A stretch of 64,000 nucleotides of DNA from Pseudomonadota bacterium (GCA_029778535.1 JAKOQB010000039.1:41298-105297), one strand, 5' to 3'; shown: positions 18,417 through 27,879, counted from the stretch's first letter. Numbers and translations are program-made. Notes: a model not told the origin generated them from the letters alone.

Positions 18417-19673
18417 ATGAACGACGCGGCCACCCTGGCGCTGACGTTTGCCACCAGCGCGGCGATCGGCCTGCTGGTCGGGCTGGAGCGCGAGCGCAAT
18501 CCGCGTGCCAAGGCGGGATTGCGCACCTTCGCGCTGATCGCGGTGCTGGGCTCCGCCAGCGCGCTCGTCGCGCAGGCGACCGCGAGCGGCTGGATCCTCG
18601 CGGCCGCGCTGCTGGCGATCGGCATCTCGATCGCGGGCGCGCACCTGCTCGATCCGGAGACGCGCGCCGACGACTACGGCACCACGACCGTGGCGGCGGC
18701 GCTACTTGTGTTCGTGCTTGGCGCGATCAACGTGTTCGGCTACCGGCTGCTGGCGGTTGCGGTCGGCATCGGCATGACCGCGCTGCTGCATTTCAAGGTC
18801 GAGCTCGAAGTCGCCGCGCAGCGCCTGACCCCGACCGACATCCGCTCGATCCTGCAGTTCGGCGCGGTCAGCGCGGTGATCCTGCCGCTGCTGCCGAACC
18901 AGCCGTACGGCCCCTATGGCGTGCTCAATCCGTTCCACATCTGGCTGATGGTCGTGCTGATCTCCGGCGTCAGCCTGGCCGGCTACGTCGCCTGGCGGTT
19001 GACGCTCGAGCGCAAGGGCCTGCTGCTGACCGGGCTGCTCGGCGGCGTGGTGTCGAGCACCGCGACCACGCTGGTGTACGCGCGCCACGCGCGCGCGGCC
19101 ACGCAGCCGGTCGCCTCCGCGCAGACGGTGATCCTGCTCGCCAACGTGGCGATGCTGGCGCGCGTACTGGTGATCATCGCGATCGTCGCGCCCGGTGCGC
19201 TGTGGGCTGGCGCGATCACGTTGCTGCCGGCCGCGCTGCTCGCGCTGCCGGTCGCGCTGCGGCGACTGTCGCGCGGCGCGCAGGAGTCGCGCGCGACGGA
19301 CGAACACCGCAACCCGACCAATCTCGTAACCGGCATCGCGTTCGCCGCCTTCTACGCGTCGATCCTGGTGGTGTCGGCGTGGCTGTCGGAGGAAATGGGC
19401 GCGCGCGGCGTCTACGCGCTGGCGGCGATTTCCGGGCTGACCGACGTCGACGCGATCACGCTGTCGTCGCTGCGGCTGCTCGCCACCGGCGCGATCGAAC
19501 TGCCGGTGGCGGTCACCACGATCTGCGTGGCGATCGTATCGAACCTGGTGTTCAAGTCGATCATCGTGTTCGTCGTCGGCGGGCGCTCGATGGGGCGCGC
19601 TACCGCGCTCGGATTCCTGCCCTCGGCGCTGGCGCTGGGCGGCGGGCTATTCGGGCTGCACGCGCTGGCATAA
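18417..19673 (+). CDS. MgtC-family / DUF4010 integral membrane protein
   Basis: 418 aa, polytopic. The N-terminal ..AAIGLLVGLERERN..AGLRTFALIA.. matches the MgtC/SapB signature, followed by a long hydrophobic C-terminal domain. Confidence 0.75.
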   Translation: MNDAATLALTFATSAAIGLLVGLERERNPRAKAGLRTFALIAVLGSASALVAQATASGWILAAALLAIGISIAGAHLLDPETRADDYGTTTVAAALLVFVLGAINVFGYRLLAVAVGIGMTALLHFKVELEVAAQRLTPTDIRSILQFGAVSAVILPLLPNQPYGPYGVLNPFHIWLMVVLISGVSLAGYVAWRLTLERKGLLLTGLLGGVVSSTATTLVYARHARAATQPVASAQTVILLANVAMLARVLVIIAIVAPGALWAGAITLLPAALLALPVALRRLSRGAQESRATDEHRNPTNLVTGIAFAAFYASILVVSAWLSEEMGARGVYALAAISGLTDVDAITLSSLRLLATGAIELPVAVTTICVAIVSNLVFKSIIVFVVGGRSMGRATALGFLPSALALGGGLFGLHALA

Positions 19674-19690
19674 TTTCACCGCCATCCGAA

Positions 19691-19758
19691 CTCGCGTGAC
19701 TGGCGCAGGGTGATCACACCCAGGAAGCGCGGGGAACATGTCGCCGTACGCCTGGGCA
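19691..19758 (+). promoter_or_regulatory. ZTP (pfl-motif) riboswitch in the glyA leader
   Basis: CUCGCGUGACUGGCGCA-GGGUG-AUCA-CACCC-AGGAAGCGCGGGG, a short linker, then ACGCCUGGGCA. It matches the conserved GUGACUGGCG core, the P1 (CGCG/CGCG) and P2 (GGGUG/CACCC) helices, and the 3' CCGCCUGGGCA pseudoknot element. It lies 50 nt upstream of glyA, a classical ZTP-regulated gene. Confidence 0.75.
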
Positions 19759-19807
19759 CGATGGCAAGTGGCGAACCCAACACTTGTCCAAAGAAGCCGA
19801 GGAAACC

Positions 19808-21064
19808 ATGTACCGACGTACTCAGACCGTCGAGTTGACCGATCCCGCCGTGTGGGCCGCGATCACTGCAGAGAACCGCCGCCAGGAACAGCACATCGAG
19901 CTGATCGCCTCCGAAAACTACGCCAGCCCCGCGGTGATGGCTGCGCAGGGCTGCTCGATGACCAACAAGTACGCCGAGGGCTATCCCGGCAAGCGCTACT
20001 ACGGCGGCTGCGAGCACGTCGACACCGTCGAGACGCTCGCGCTCGATCGGCTGAAGAGGCTCTTTTCGTATCCGACCATCGAACTGGCGGCCAACGTGCA
20101 GCCGCACTCGGGCGCGCAGGCCAACGAGGCGGTGTTCATGGCGCTGCTGAACCCCGGCGACACGATCATGGGCATGAGTCTCGCCGAAGGCGGGCACCTC
20201 ACGCACGGCATGCCGCTGAACATGAGCGGCAAGTGGTTCAAGGTCGTTTCCTACGGCCTGAACGCGCAGGAGGCGATCGACTACGACGAGATGGAGTCGC
20301 TCGCGCATCGCCACCATCCGAAGCTGATCATCGCCGGCGCCTCGGCGTATTCGCTGCACATCGACTTCAAGCGCTGCGCGCAGATCGCGCGCGACATCGA
20401 CGCGCACTTGATGGTCGACATGGCGCACTATGCGGGCCTGATCGCCGCCGGCGTCTATCCGAGCCCGGTGCCGCACGCGGATGTGATCACGTCGACCACC
20501 CACAAGACGCTGCGCGGTCCGCGCGGCGGGCTGATCCTGTGCAAACCGGCGCTGGAGAAGCAGATCAACAGCGCGGTGTTCCCCGGCCTGCAGGGCGGGC
20601 CGCTGATGCACGTGATCGCCGCCAAGGCGGTCGCGTTCCAGGAAGCACTGCAGCCCGAATTCAAGACCTACCAGCAGCAGGTGCTGGTCAACGCGCGCGT
20701 GATGGCTGAAACGCTGGCCAAGCGCGGACTGCGCATCGTCTCCGGCGGCACCCAGAGCCATCTGATGCTGGTCGACCTGCGCAGCAAGCAGATCACCGGC
20801 AAGGACGCCGAGGCCGTGCTCGGGCAGGCGCACATCACGGTGAACAAGAACGCGATCCCGAAGGATCCGGAAAAGCCGATGATCGCCAGCGGCATCCGCA
20901 TCGGCAGCCCGGCGATGACCACGCGCGGCTTCAAGGAGGAGCAGGCCGAGCAGACCGCCAACCTGATCGCCGACATCCTCGACAACCCACGCGACCCCGT
21001 GAACATCGCACGCGTGCGCGACGAGGTGGAGACCCTGACGCGGACGTTTCCGGTCTATGCGTAA
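19808..21064 (+). CDS. glyA: Serine hydroxymethyltransferase
   Basis: ..[42 protein letters not shown].., [12 protein letters not shown] and ..[14 protein letters not shown].. (PLP lysine). ATG 19808 follows GAGGA; the track start is TTG 19784. Confidence 0.95.
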   Translation: MYRRTQTVELTDPAVWAAITAENRRQEQHIELIASENYASPAVMAAQGCSMTNKYAEGYPGKRYYGGCEHVDTVETLALDRLKRLFSYPTIELAANVQPHSGAQANEAVFMALLNPGDTIMGMSLAEGGHLTHGMPLNMSGKWFKVVSYGLNAQEAIDYDEMESLAHRHHPKLIIAGASAYSLHIDFKRCAQIARDIDAHLMVDMAHYAGLIAAGVYPSPVPHADVITSTTHKTLRGPRGGLILCKPALEKQINSAVFPGLQGGPLMHVIAAKAVAFQEALQPEFKTYQQQVLVNARVMAETLAKRGLRIVSGGTQSHLMLVDLRSKQITGKDAEAVLGQAHITVNKNAIPKDPEKPMIASGIRIGSPAMTTRGFKEEQAEQTANLIADILDNPRDPVNIARVRDEVETLTRTFPVYA

Positions 21065-21065
21065 G

Positions 21066-21140
21066 GGATTGCGGATTGCGGATTGCGGATCGCGCCCGGA
21101 TCGTCGCCCGCGCAATCCGCGATCCGAGTCGCGCAATCCG
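21066..21140. repeat. Heptamer tandem repeat plus inverted copies between glyA and nrdR
   Basis: GGATTGC x3 then GGATCGC (21066-21093) lies directly after the glyA TAA. Reverse-complement copies GCGCAATCCGC (21110-21120) and GCGCAATCCG (21131-21140) end 2 nt before the nrdR ATG. Several alternative ~10-bp stems are possible. Confidence 0.8.
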
Positions 21141-21142
21141 AG

Positions 21143-21610
21143 ATGAAGTGCCCCTTCTGCCACAACGCCGACACGCAGGTGATCGACTCGCGCGCGTCGG
21201 ACGAGGGGGCGACGATCCGGCGCCGGCGCAAGTGCGTGAACTGCGAGAAGCGCTTCACCACCTACGAGCGCGTCGAACTGGCGATGCCGTCGATCATCAA
21301 GCGCGGCGGCGGGCGCGCCGACTACGACCGCGCCAAGCTGCGCTCGTCGATGCTGCTGGCGCTGCGCAAGCGGCCGGTGCCGCGCGAGGCGGTCGACGAG
21401 GCGATCGGCCGCATCGAGGAAAAGCTGCTCGGGTTGGCCGCGCGCGAGGTCAAGAGCGAAAAGCTGGGCGAACTCGTCATGCGCGAACTGAAGCGCCTCG
21501 ACAAGGTCGCCTACATCCGCTTCGCCAGCGTCTATCGCAGCTTCGAGGACGTCGACGAATTCGCCGAAGTGGTCAAGGAAGTGCGCCCGCCGCGCCGCCG
21601 GCGCGCGTGA
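21143..21610 (+). CDS. nrdR: Transcriptional repressor NrdR
   Basis: [17 protein letters not shown]....[17 protein letters not shown] (zinc ribbon) followed by an ATP-cone. The start was trimmed to ATG 21143. Confidence 0.95.
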   Translation: MKCPFCHNADTQVIDSRASDEGATIRRRRKCVNCEKRFTTYERVELAMPSIIKRGGGRADYDRAKLRSSMLLALRKRPVPREAVDEAIGRIEEKLLGLAAREVKSEKLGELVMRELKRLDKVAYIRFASVYRSFEDVDEFAEVVKEVRPPRRRRA

Positions 21611-21642
21611 ATTGACCTCGGTCAGCCCGCGTTGCGCGCGCG

Positions 21643-21670
21643 CTTGGAATCGGCACGCCGCGACGTATCT
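21643..21670 (+). promoter_or_regulatory. Candidate sigma32 (RpoH) promoter for the first hsp20 gene
   Basis: CTTGGAA-N13-ACGTATCT compared with the consensus CTTGAAA-N13-17-CCCCATNT. The -35 has one mismatch and the -10 is weaker. Confidence 0.4.
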
Positions 21671-21744
21671 CTCCTCCACAAAAGAGCCGGTCTGCGGCCG
21701 GCTCGGGCGAGCCGGCGCCGGCTCTTCGGCACAGAGGAGGCGCG

Positions 21745-22197
21745 ATGAACACGGTGCTGACGACAGGATTGCGCCGCGATCCGTTCGGTTCGTTGTTCGA
21801 CGAGTTCCTCGACGATGCGTGGATGCGGCCAGCATGGACCGCGCTGCCGCGGGTCGCCGAGGCGCCGGCGCTGATGCGGGCGCGGATGGACGTGGTCGAC
21901 AGGGGCGAAAGCTATCTGATCACGGTCGAACTGCCCGGGGCGAAGAAGGAGGACATCGACGTTGCGGTCGAAGGCACGCGGGTGGCGATCACGGCCGAGG
22001 CTCGATGTGAAACTCCGGTCAAGGAAGGCGGGAAACCGCTGCACACCGAGCGCATTGCCGGCACCTATGCGCGCAGCTTTGAACTGCCGACCGAGGTGAC
22101 CGAAAGCGGCGCCGAGGCGGTGTTCGAGAACGGCGTGCTGACGCTGACGTTGCCGAAGCGCGCCCCGCTGACCGGCAGACGGCTCGCGATTCACTGA
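21745..22197 (+). CDS. Hsp20 / alpha-crystallin small heat-shock protein
   Basis: ..DPFGSLFDEF.., MDVVDRGESYLITVELPGAKKEDIDVAVEG..V.I and ..SFELP.EV...GAEAVFENGVLTLTLPK. ATG follows GAGGAGG. Confidence 0.9.
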   Translation: MNTVLTTGLRRDPFGSLFDEFLDDAWMRPAWTALPRVAEAPALMRARMDVVDRGESYLITVELPGAKKEDIDVAVEGTRVAITAEARCETPVKEGGKPLHTERIAGTYARSFELPTEVTESGAEAVFENGVLTLTLPKRAPLTGRRLAIH

Positions 22198-22269
22198 GAG
22201 CGCGCGCTTGCGACCGGGCCGCTGCCGTCGGCGGCCCTGGTCGTGACCGGGCGGTCGCCGGGCGGGGGA

Positions 22270-22297
22270 CTTGAAACCAGCGCCGCGCGCCGCATCT
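22270..22297 (+). promoter_or_regulatory. Sigma32 (RpoH)-type promoter for the second hsp20 gene
   Basis: CTTGAAA (22270-22276), a 13-nt spacer, then CCGCATCT (22290-22297), against the consensus CTTGAAA / CCCCATNT. There is one mismatch in total. Confidence 0.65.
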
Positions 22298-22355
22298 GCA
22301 ATCCGTGCGGTCGCCGCCGGCGACCGATGGATTGAATCCCGCTGAGGAGTGCACC

Positions 22356-22796
22356 ATGGCGAATCTGCTAGTACGTCGCGAGCCGTTCGGTTCGTTGTTC
22401 GATGAATTCTTCAATGACTTCTTCGCGCGCGCGGGCATGCCGTTGGCGCGATCGGTCGAACTGCCGGCCGCGGCGCGCGCGCGCATGGACGTGGTCGACA
22501 AGAACGACCGCTACGAGGTGCTGGTCGACCTGCCCGGTGTGAAGAAGGAAGACATCCAGGTCACGATCGAAGGCAATCGCGTGGCGATCGCCGCCGAGTC
22601 GAAGAGCGCGAACGAGGTCAAGGAAGGCGAGCGCCTGATCCACAGCGAGCGCTACGCCGCCAGCTATGCGCGCAGCTTCGAGCTGCCGGTCGAGGTGACC
22701 GAGCAGGGCGCCGAGGCGGCGTTCGAGAACGGCGTGCTGCGCCTGATGCTGCCCAAACGCGCGGCAGTCACCAGCAAGCGGCTCACGATCAGGTAA
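22356..22796 (+). CDS. Hsp20 / alpha-crystallin small heat-shock protein (tandem paralogue)
   Basis: MANLLVRREPFGSLFDEFFNDFF.., MDVVDKNDRYEVLVDLPGVKKEDIQVTIEGNRVAI and ..SFELPVEVTEQGAEAAFENGVLRLMLPK. ATG follows GAGGAG. Confidence 0.9.
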   Translation: MANLLVRREPFGSLFDEFFNDFFARAGMPLARSVELPAAARARMDVVDKNDRYEVLVDLPGVKKEDIQVTIEGNRVAIAAESKSANEVKEGERLIHSERYAASYARSFELPVEVTEQGAEAAFENGVLRLMLPKRAAVTSKRLTIR

Positions 22797-22865
22797 CCGT
22801 AGCCCCCTTTTTCCCGACCCGGCTCCGGCGGGCGCAGGGGGAATGGAAACGTACAATCGGTCGCG

Positions 22866-23963
22866 ATGTATTCGCCGACCGATCATGAGTTTATGCGGCG
22901 CGCGCTGGCGCTCGCTCAGCGCGCGCTGAATCACGCCACTCCCAACCCGCGCGTCGGCTGCGTGATCGTGCGCGACGGCCGCATCCTCGGCGAGGGTTAC
23001 ACGCAGCCGCCGGGATCGAACCACGCCGAGATCGAGGCGCTGCTCGACGCGCGCCGCAACGGCAATGACTTGCACGGAGCCACCGCGTACGTGTCCTTGG
23101 AGCCTTGCTCGCATTTCGGCCGCACGCCCCCGTGCGCGACCGCGCTGATCGAGGCGCGCGTGGCGCGCGTGATCGCGGCGGTCGAGGATCCGAACCCGCA
23201 GGTCGCGGGCCGGGGACTGGAGATGCTGCGCAGCGCCGGCATCGACGTGCGCTGCGGGCTGCTGCGCAGCGATGCGATCGAGATGAACGTCGGCTTCTTC
23301 GCGCGCATGAACCGCGGCCGGCCGTGGGTGCGGATGAAGATCGCCGCCAGCCTCGACGGCAAGACCGCGCTCGACAACGGCGTATCGCAGTGGATCACGT
23401 CGGAAGCCGCGCGCAGCGACGGTCACGCGTGGCGTGCGCGTTCGTGCGCGATCCTGACCGGCATCGGCACGGTGAAGCTCGACAACCCGCAACTGAACGT
23501 GCGGCTGGTCGACACCGTGCGCCAGCCGCTGAAGGTGCTGGTCGACAGCCGGCTCGAGGTCGATGCCGAGGCGCGCCTCTTCGACGGCGCGCCGACGCTG
23601 GTGGCCTGCGCGCGCCGCGACCCGATGAAGGAGGAGCGCCTGCGCGACCGCGGCGCCGCGCTGATCGAACTGCCGAACGAAAGCGGCAAGGTCGACCTGC
23701 CGGCGCTGATGCGCGAACTGGCGCGCCGCGGCATCAACGAGGTGTTGGTCGAAGCGGGCTTCAAGTTGAACGGCTCGCTGGTGCGCACCGGGCTGGTCGA
23801 CGAACTGCTGGTGTACCTGGCGCCCCTGCTGATCGGCGAGGCGCAGGGCATGGTGCATCTGCCGGCGCTGTCGGATCTGGCGCACGCGCAGCGCCTCGTG
23901 TTCCGCGAAGTCACGCAGATCGGCGAAGACGTGCGCCTGCTGGCGCGCTGGGGAGGGCATTGA
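22866..23963 (+). CDS. ribD: Bifunctional riboflavin biosynthesis deaminase/reductase RibD
   Basis: Contains ..NPRVGCVIV.., HAEIEAL and TAYVSLEPCSHFGRTPPC (CMP/dCMP deaminase zinc motif), followed by a reductase domain (..MKIAASLDGK..). Confidence 0.95.
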   Translation: MYSPTDHEFMRRALALAQRALNHATPNPRVGCVIVRDGRILGEGYTQPPGSNHAEIEALLDARRNGNDLHGATAYVSLEPCSHFGRTPPCATALIEARVARVIAAVEDPNPQVAGRGLEMLRSAGIDVRCGLLRSDAIEMNVGFFARMNRGRPWVRMKIAASLDGKTALDNGVSQWITSEAARSDGHAWRARSCAILTGIGTVKLDNPQLNVRLVDTVRQPLKVLVDSRLEVDAEARLFDGAPTLVACARRDPMKEERLRDRGAALIELPNESGKVDLPALMRELARRGINEVLVEAGFKLNGSLVRTGLVDELLVYLAPLLIGEAQGMVHLPALSDLAHAQRLVFREVTQIGEDVRLLARWGGH

Positions 23964-24595
23964 TGTTCGCCGGAATCGTGCAGGCGACCGGACAGATCGT
24001 CCGCGTCGACGAGCTGGGCTTCGGCCGCCGGCTGGTGATCGAGGCGCCCGCGCTCGGGCTGGACGACGTGGCGATCGGGGATTCGATCGCGATCAACGGC
24101 GCGTGCATGACGGTGACGGAGAAGACCGCGCGCACTTTCTCGATCGACGTATCGGCCGAATCGCTGTCGAAGACCGCGGGGCTGGACGCGCGCGGCGAGG
24201 TGAACCTGGAAAAAGCGATGCGGCTGGGCGACCGCATCGACGGCCACCTGGTCAGCGGGCACGTCGACGGCACCGGCATCGTGCACGCGCTCGAGCCGCG
24301 CGGCGAAAGCGTGCTGTTCGTGGTCGAGGCGCCGCCGGAACTGGCGCGCTACTTCGCCTACAAGGGCTCGATCGCGGTCAACGGCGTATCGCTGACGATC
24401 AACCGCGTCGAGGACATCGTGCGCGCCGGCCAGCCGGCCGGCTGCCACGTGTGGATCAATCTGATCCCGCACACGATCGCGGTGACCACGCTGAAGCACC
24501 TCAAGCCCGGCGACCGGGTGAACCTCGAGGTCGACCTGATCGCGCGCTACGTCGAGCGGATGTTGGGCGCGGCGGGGCTGTCGAAGAACGGTTGA
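23963..24595 (+). CDS. ribE: Riboflavin synthase (alpha chain)
   Basis: MFAGIVQATGQI.., ..GDSIAINGACMTV.. and the internal repeat ..KGSIAVNGVSLTI.. The ATG shares one base with the ribD TGA. Confidence 0.93.
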   Translation: MFAGIVQATGQIVRVDELGFGRRLVIEAPALGLDDVAIGDSIAINGACMTVTEKTARTFSIDVSAESLSKTAGLDARGEVNLEKAMRLGDRIDGHLVSGHVDGTGIVHALEPRGESVLFVVEAPPELARYFAYKGSIAVNGVSLTINRVEDIVRAGQPAGCHVWINLIPHTIAVTTLKHLKPGDRVNLEVDLIARYVERMLGAAGLSKNG

Positions 24596-24603
24596 GGTCA
24601 CTT

Positions 24604-25725
24604 ATGTCGCGCCTGTTCGAACCGCTGACCCTGCGCGGGCTGACGCTGCCCAACCGCATCATGGTGTCGCCGATGTGCCAGTACTCGGCCATCGACGGCA
24701 ACGCGACCGCGTGGCATCACGCGCACCTGGGCTCGCTGGCGCTGTCCGGTGCCGGCCTCGTGTGCGTGGAAGCGACCGCGGTGACCGCGGAGGGCCGGAT
24801 CACGCCCGGCTGCCTCGGCCTGTGGTCGGACGCGAACGAGACGGCGCTCGGTGCCGTCGTTGCGACGATGCGCGCGGCCGCGACGAACTCGAAGCTCGCG
24901 ATCCAGCTCGCGCACGCCGGCCGCAAGGGTTCGAGCCACGCGCCGTGGGACGGCGGCCAACTGATCGCCGTCGGCGACGGCGGCTGGCAGCCGGTCGCGC
25001 CGTCGGCGCTTCCGCACGCCGAGGGCGAGACGCCGCCGCGCGCGCTGACGGTCGAGGAGATCGCCGCGCTGCCACGCGCGTTCGCACAGTCGGCCGCGCG
25101 CGCCGCGCGCCTCGGGTTCGATGCGATGGAGATCCACATGGCGCACGGTTACCTGCTGCACGAGTTCCTGTCGCCGGTCGCAAACCGGCGCAGCGACGAC
25201 TACGGCGGCTCGTTCGACCACCGCGTTCGGCTGCCGCTCGCCGTGTTCGACGCGGTGCGCGCCGCGTTTCCGGCCGAGCGCCCCGTCGGCGTGCGCGTGT
25301 CGGCGACCGACTGGCTCGACGGCGAGGAATCGTGGACGCTCGAGCAGACGATCGAGCTGGCTCAACGGCTGAAGGCGCGCGGCTGCGACTGGATCGACGT
25401 GTCGAGCGGCGGCATCTCGCCGCGCCAGAAGATCGCGCTCGGGCCGGGCTACCAGGTGCCGTTCGCGCAGGCGGTCAGAAAAGCTACCGGCATGACTACG
25501 ATCGCGGTCGGGCTGATCACGCAGCCGGCGCAGGCTGAGGCAATCGTCGCCGACGGGCGCGCCGATATGGTCGCGCTGGCGCGCGCGATGCTGTTCGATC
25601 CGCGCTGGCCGTGGCGCGCGGCGATCGCTGTTGGCGGCCGAGTGGCGGCGCCGCGCCAGTACTGGCGCTCGGTGCCGAAGGACGCGAGCCAGGCATTCGG
25701 CCCGATCGTCTACGGCCAGCGGTAG
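24604..25725 (+). CDS. NADH:flavin oxidoreductase (Old Yellow Enzyme family)
   Basis: ..LTLPNRIMVSPMCQYSA.., ..IQLAHAGRKGS.., ..FDAMEIHMAHGYLLHEFLSP..N.R.D.YGGS and ..ADMVALARAML.DP.W. These mark a TIM-barrel FMN oxidoreductase. Confidence 0.9.
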   Translation: MSRLFEPLTLRGLTLPNRIMVSPMCQYSAIDGNATAWHHAHLGSLALSGAGLVCVEATAVTAEGRITPGCLGLWSDANETALGAVVATMRAAATNSKLAIQLAHAGRKGSSHAPWDGGQLIAVGDGGWQPVAPSALPHAEGETPPRALTVEEIAALPRAFAQSAARAARLGFDAMEIHMAHGYLLHEFLSPVANRRSDDYGGSFDHRVRLPLAVFDAVRAAFPAERPVGVRVSATDWLDGEESWTLEQTIELAQRLKARGCDWIDVSSGGISPRQKIALGPGYQVPFAQAVRKATGMTTIAVGLITQPAQAEAIVADGRADMVALARAMLFDPRWPWRAAIAVGGRVAAPRQYWRSVPKDASQAFGPIVYGQR

Positions 25726-25779
25726 ACGCAAGCCGTAGAATCGCCATCCCAGTTCGCGGCCGCGCCGCAAGGATTTGCC

Positions 25780-26922
25780 ATGCTGTCCGCCGTTCCCGCC
25801 CCGTCCAAGCCCGCGCTGCCGATCGCGTCGACCGCCGAACTGATCGACGAGATCCGCAAGGGCAACATCGTCGTGCTGGTCGACGACGAGGACCGCGAGA
25901 ACGAGGGCGATCTGGTGTTCGCGGCCGACTTCGTTACGCCGGAGAAGATCAACTTCCTCGCCAAGTTCGGGCGCGGGCTGGTCTGCATGCCGATCACCGC
26001 CGAGCACGCGGCGCAATTGAAGCTGGCGCCGATGGCGCCGCACAACCGCAGCGTGCACGGCACCAACTTCACCGTCGCGATCGAGGCCGCGCACGGCGTG
26101 TCGACCGGCATCTCCGCCGCCGACCGCGCGCACACGATCCACGTCGCGTCGCGCCCGAACGCGAAGCCGGCCGACATCGTTCAGCCCGGCCACGTGTTCC
26201 CGCTGGTCGCGCAGCCGGGCGGCGTGCTGATGCGCGCCGGCCACACCGAGGCGTGCTGCGACCTGGCGCGGCTCGCGGGCCTCACACCCGCCGCGGTGCT
26301 GTGCGAGATCATGAACGACGACGGCACGATGGCGCGGCTGCCGGATCTGATCCCGTTCGCGCAGAAGCACAATCTGAAGCTCGGCACGATCGCCGACCTG
26401 ATCCACTACCGCGCCGCGACCGAATCGCTGGTCACGCGCGTGGGCAGCCGGAAGGTGCGCACGCTGGCGGGCGAGTTCGAGCTCGTCGCCTATCGCGACG
26501 GGCCGAGCGCCAACGCGCACCTCGCGCTGGTGCTCGGTGCGCCGAGGCCGGACGTCGAGACGCTGGTGCGCGTGCACGAGCCGGTGTCCGCGCTCGACCT
26601 GATCGACACCGACGTCAGCACGCATTCGTGGCCGGTGGCGAAAGCGCTCGCCACGATCGCACAGGCGGGCTGCGGCGTGGTCGTGCTGCTGAACTTCGGT
26701 GAGACCGCGGACCAGCTGCTGCGGCAGTTCGCCGACCTGAACGATCCGGCCGCGCGCGAGCCGGCGCAGCGTGCCGCGAAGATGGACCTGCGCACCTACG
26801 GCGTCGGCGCGCAGATCCTGCGCGATCTGAACGTCGGCAAGATGAAGCTGCTGGCGCGGCCGCGCAAGATGCCGTCGATGACGGGCTTCGGTCTGCAGGT
26901 CACCGGCTACCTGGAAGGCTGA
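25780..26922 (+). CDS. ribB: 3,4-dihydroxy-2-butanone-4-phosphate synthase with a degenerate GTP-cyclohydrolase-II-like C-terminal domain
   Basis: The N-terminal half carries [14 protein letters not shown], ..GLVCMPI.. and ..RAGHTEA..DL.RLAG (RibB). The C-terminal half keeps ..[21 protein letters not shown].. but lacks the Cys-x-Cys zinc ligands and the QEGRGIG segment of active RibA. Confidence 0.85.
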   Translation: MLSAVPAPSKPALPIASTAELIDEIRKGNIVVLVDDEDRENEGDLVFAADFVTPEKINFLAKFGRGLVCMPITAEHAAQLKLAPMAPHNRSVHGTNFTVAIEAAHGVSTGISAADRAHTIHVASRPNAKPADIVQPGHVFPLVAQPGGVLMRAGHTEACCDLARLAGLTPAAVLCEIMNDDGTMARLPDLIPFAQKHNLKLGTIADLIHYRAATESLVTRVGSRKVRTLAGEFELVAYRDGPSANAHLALVLGAPRPDVETLVRVHEPVSALDLIDTDVSTHSWPVAKALATIAQAGCGVVVLLNFGETADQLLRQFADLNDPAAREPAQRAAKMDLRTYGVGAQILRDLNVGKMKLLARPRKMPSMTGFGLQVTGYLEG

Positions 26923-26924
26923 GC

Positions 26925-27416
26925 GTGGCGATCGACTTCATCGCGCCGGATCTGGACGGCGCGGGACTGCGGATCGGGCTGGTGCAGGCGCGCTTCAACG
27001 ACTGGGCGGGCGAGGCGCTCGCGCAGGCGTGCCTCGGCGAACTGGCGGCGCTCGGCGTCGACGAGGACGACATCACGCACGTGACTGTGCCGGGCGCGCT
27101 CGAAGTGCCGCTCGCGCTGGCCAAGCTCGCGCAGGCCGGCGACTTCGACGCGCTGATCGCGGTCGGCTGCGTGATCCGCGGCGAAACCTATCACTTCGAA
27201 ATCGTCGCCAACGAATCGGCCAAGGGCATCGCGCAGGTGGCGCTGCAGCGCGGCGTGCCGATCGCCAACGCGATCCTCACCACCAACGACGAGGAGCAGG
27301 CGCGCGTGCGCGCGGCGGAAAAGGGCCGCGACGCCGCCCGCGTCGCGGTCGAGATGGCGAACCTGCTGTGGGCGCTCGAGGAGAGCGGCGACGATGTCGA
27401 CGCGAACCTCGAGTAG
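26925..27416 (+). CDS. ribH: 6,7-dimethyl-8-ribityllumazine synthase
   Basis: ..[10 protein letters not shown].., ..[10 protein letters not shown].. and ..[19 protein letters not shown].. A GTG start follows GGAAGG. Confidence 0.93.
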   Translation: MAIDFIAPDLDGAGLRIGLVQARFNDWAGEALAQACLGELAALGVDEDDITHVTVPGALEVPLALAKLAQAGDFDALIAVGCVIRGETYHFEIVANESAKGIAQVALQRGVPIANAILTTNDEEQARVRAAEKGRDAARVAVEMANLLWALEESGDDVDANLE

Positions 27417-27867
27417 CGCGCCGGCAGCGGCCGGCGGACGCGGCGGCCGCAGCGCGCGCCGGCGCGCGCGCGAACTCGCCCTGCAGGGCCTGTACCAGTG
27501 GCTGGTCGGCGGCCAGGATGTGGCCGCGATCGAGGCGCAGCTGATGGAAACCGAGGGCTACGACCGCGCCGACGCCGCGCACCTGCGCGAGCTGCTGCAC
27601 GGCGCGATCGAGGGTGCCGACGACCTGCGTGCCGAGTTCAGTTCGCTTCTGGACCGCAGCGTGGCGGAGCTGTCGCCGATCGAGCACGCGATCCTGCTGA
27701 TCGGCTGCTACGAACTGAAGCACCGCGCCGAAATCCCGTTCCGCGTCGTGATCAACGAGGCGGTCGAACTGGCCAAGAGCTTCGGCGGTACCGAGGGCTT
27801 CAAGTACGTCAATGGCGTGCTGGACAAGCTGGCGGTTCAGTTGCGCCCGAACGAGGCGGCGCGCTGA
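27394..27867 (+). CDS. nusB: Transcription antitermination factor NusB
   Basis: ..[15 protein letters not shown].. and ..[29 protein letters not shown]. It overlaps the ribH 3' end by 23 nt. Confidence 0.93.
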   Translation: MSTRTSSSAPAAAGGRGGRSARRRARELALQGLYQWLVGGQDVAAIEAQLMETEGYDRADAAHLRELLHGAIEGADDLRAEFSSLLDRSVAELSPIEHAILLIGCYELKHRAEIPFRVVINEAVELAKSFGGTEGFKYVNGVLDKLAVQLRPNEAAR

Positions 27868-27879
27868 CGGGCGATCGCC

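Noticed and set aside
22797-22865. A possible FMN (RFN) riboswitch upstream of ribD, or upstream of ribB at 25726-25779
   Set aside because: The leaders are only 69 and 54 nt, too short for the RFN element of about 140 nt or more. No conserved RFN segments are seen.
24598-26625. A 675-aa minus-strand ORF
   Set aside because: It is antisense to the OYE and ribB genes, both of which have clear family signatures. The sequence is low-complexity and Arg-rich.
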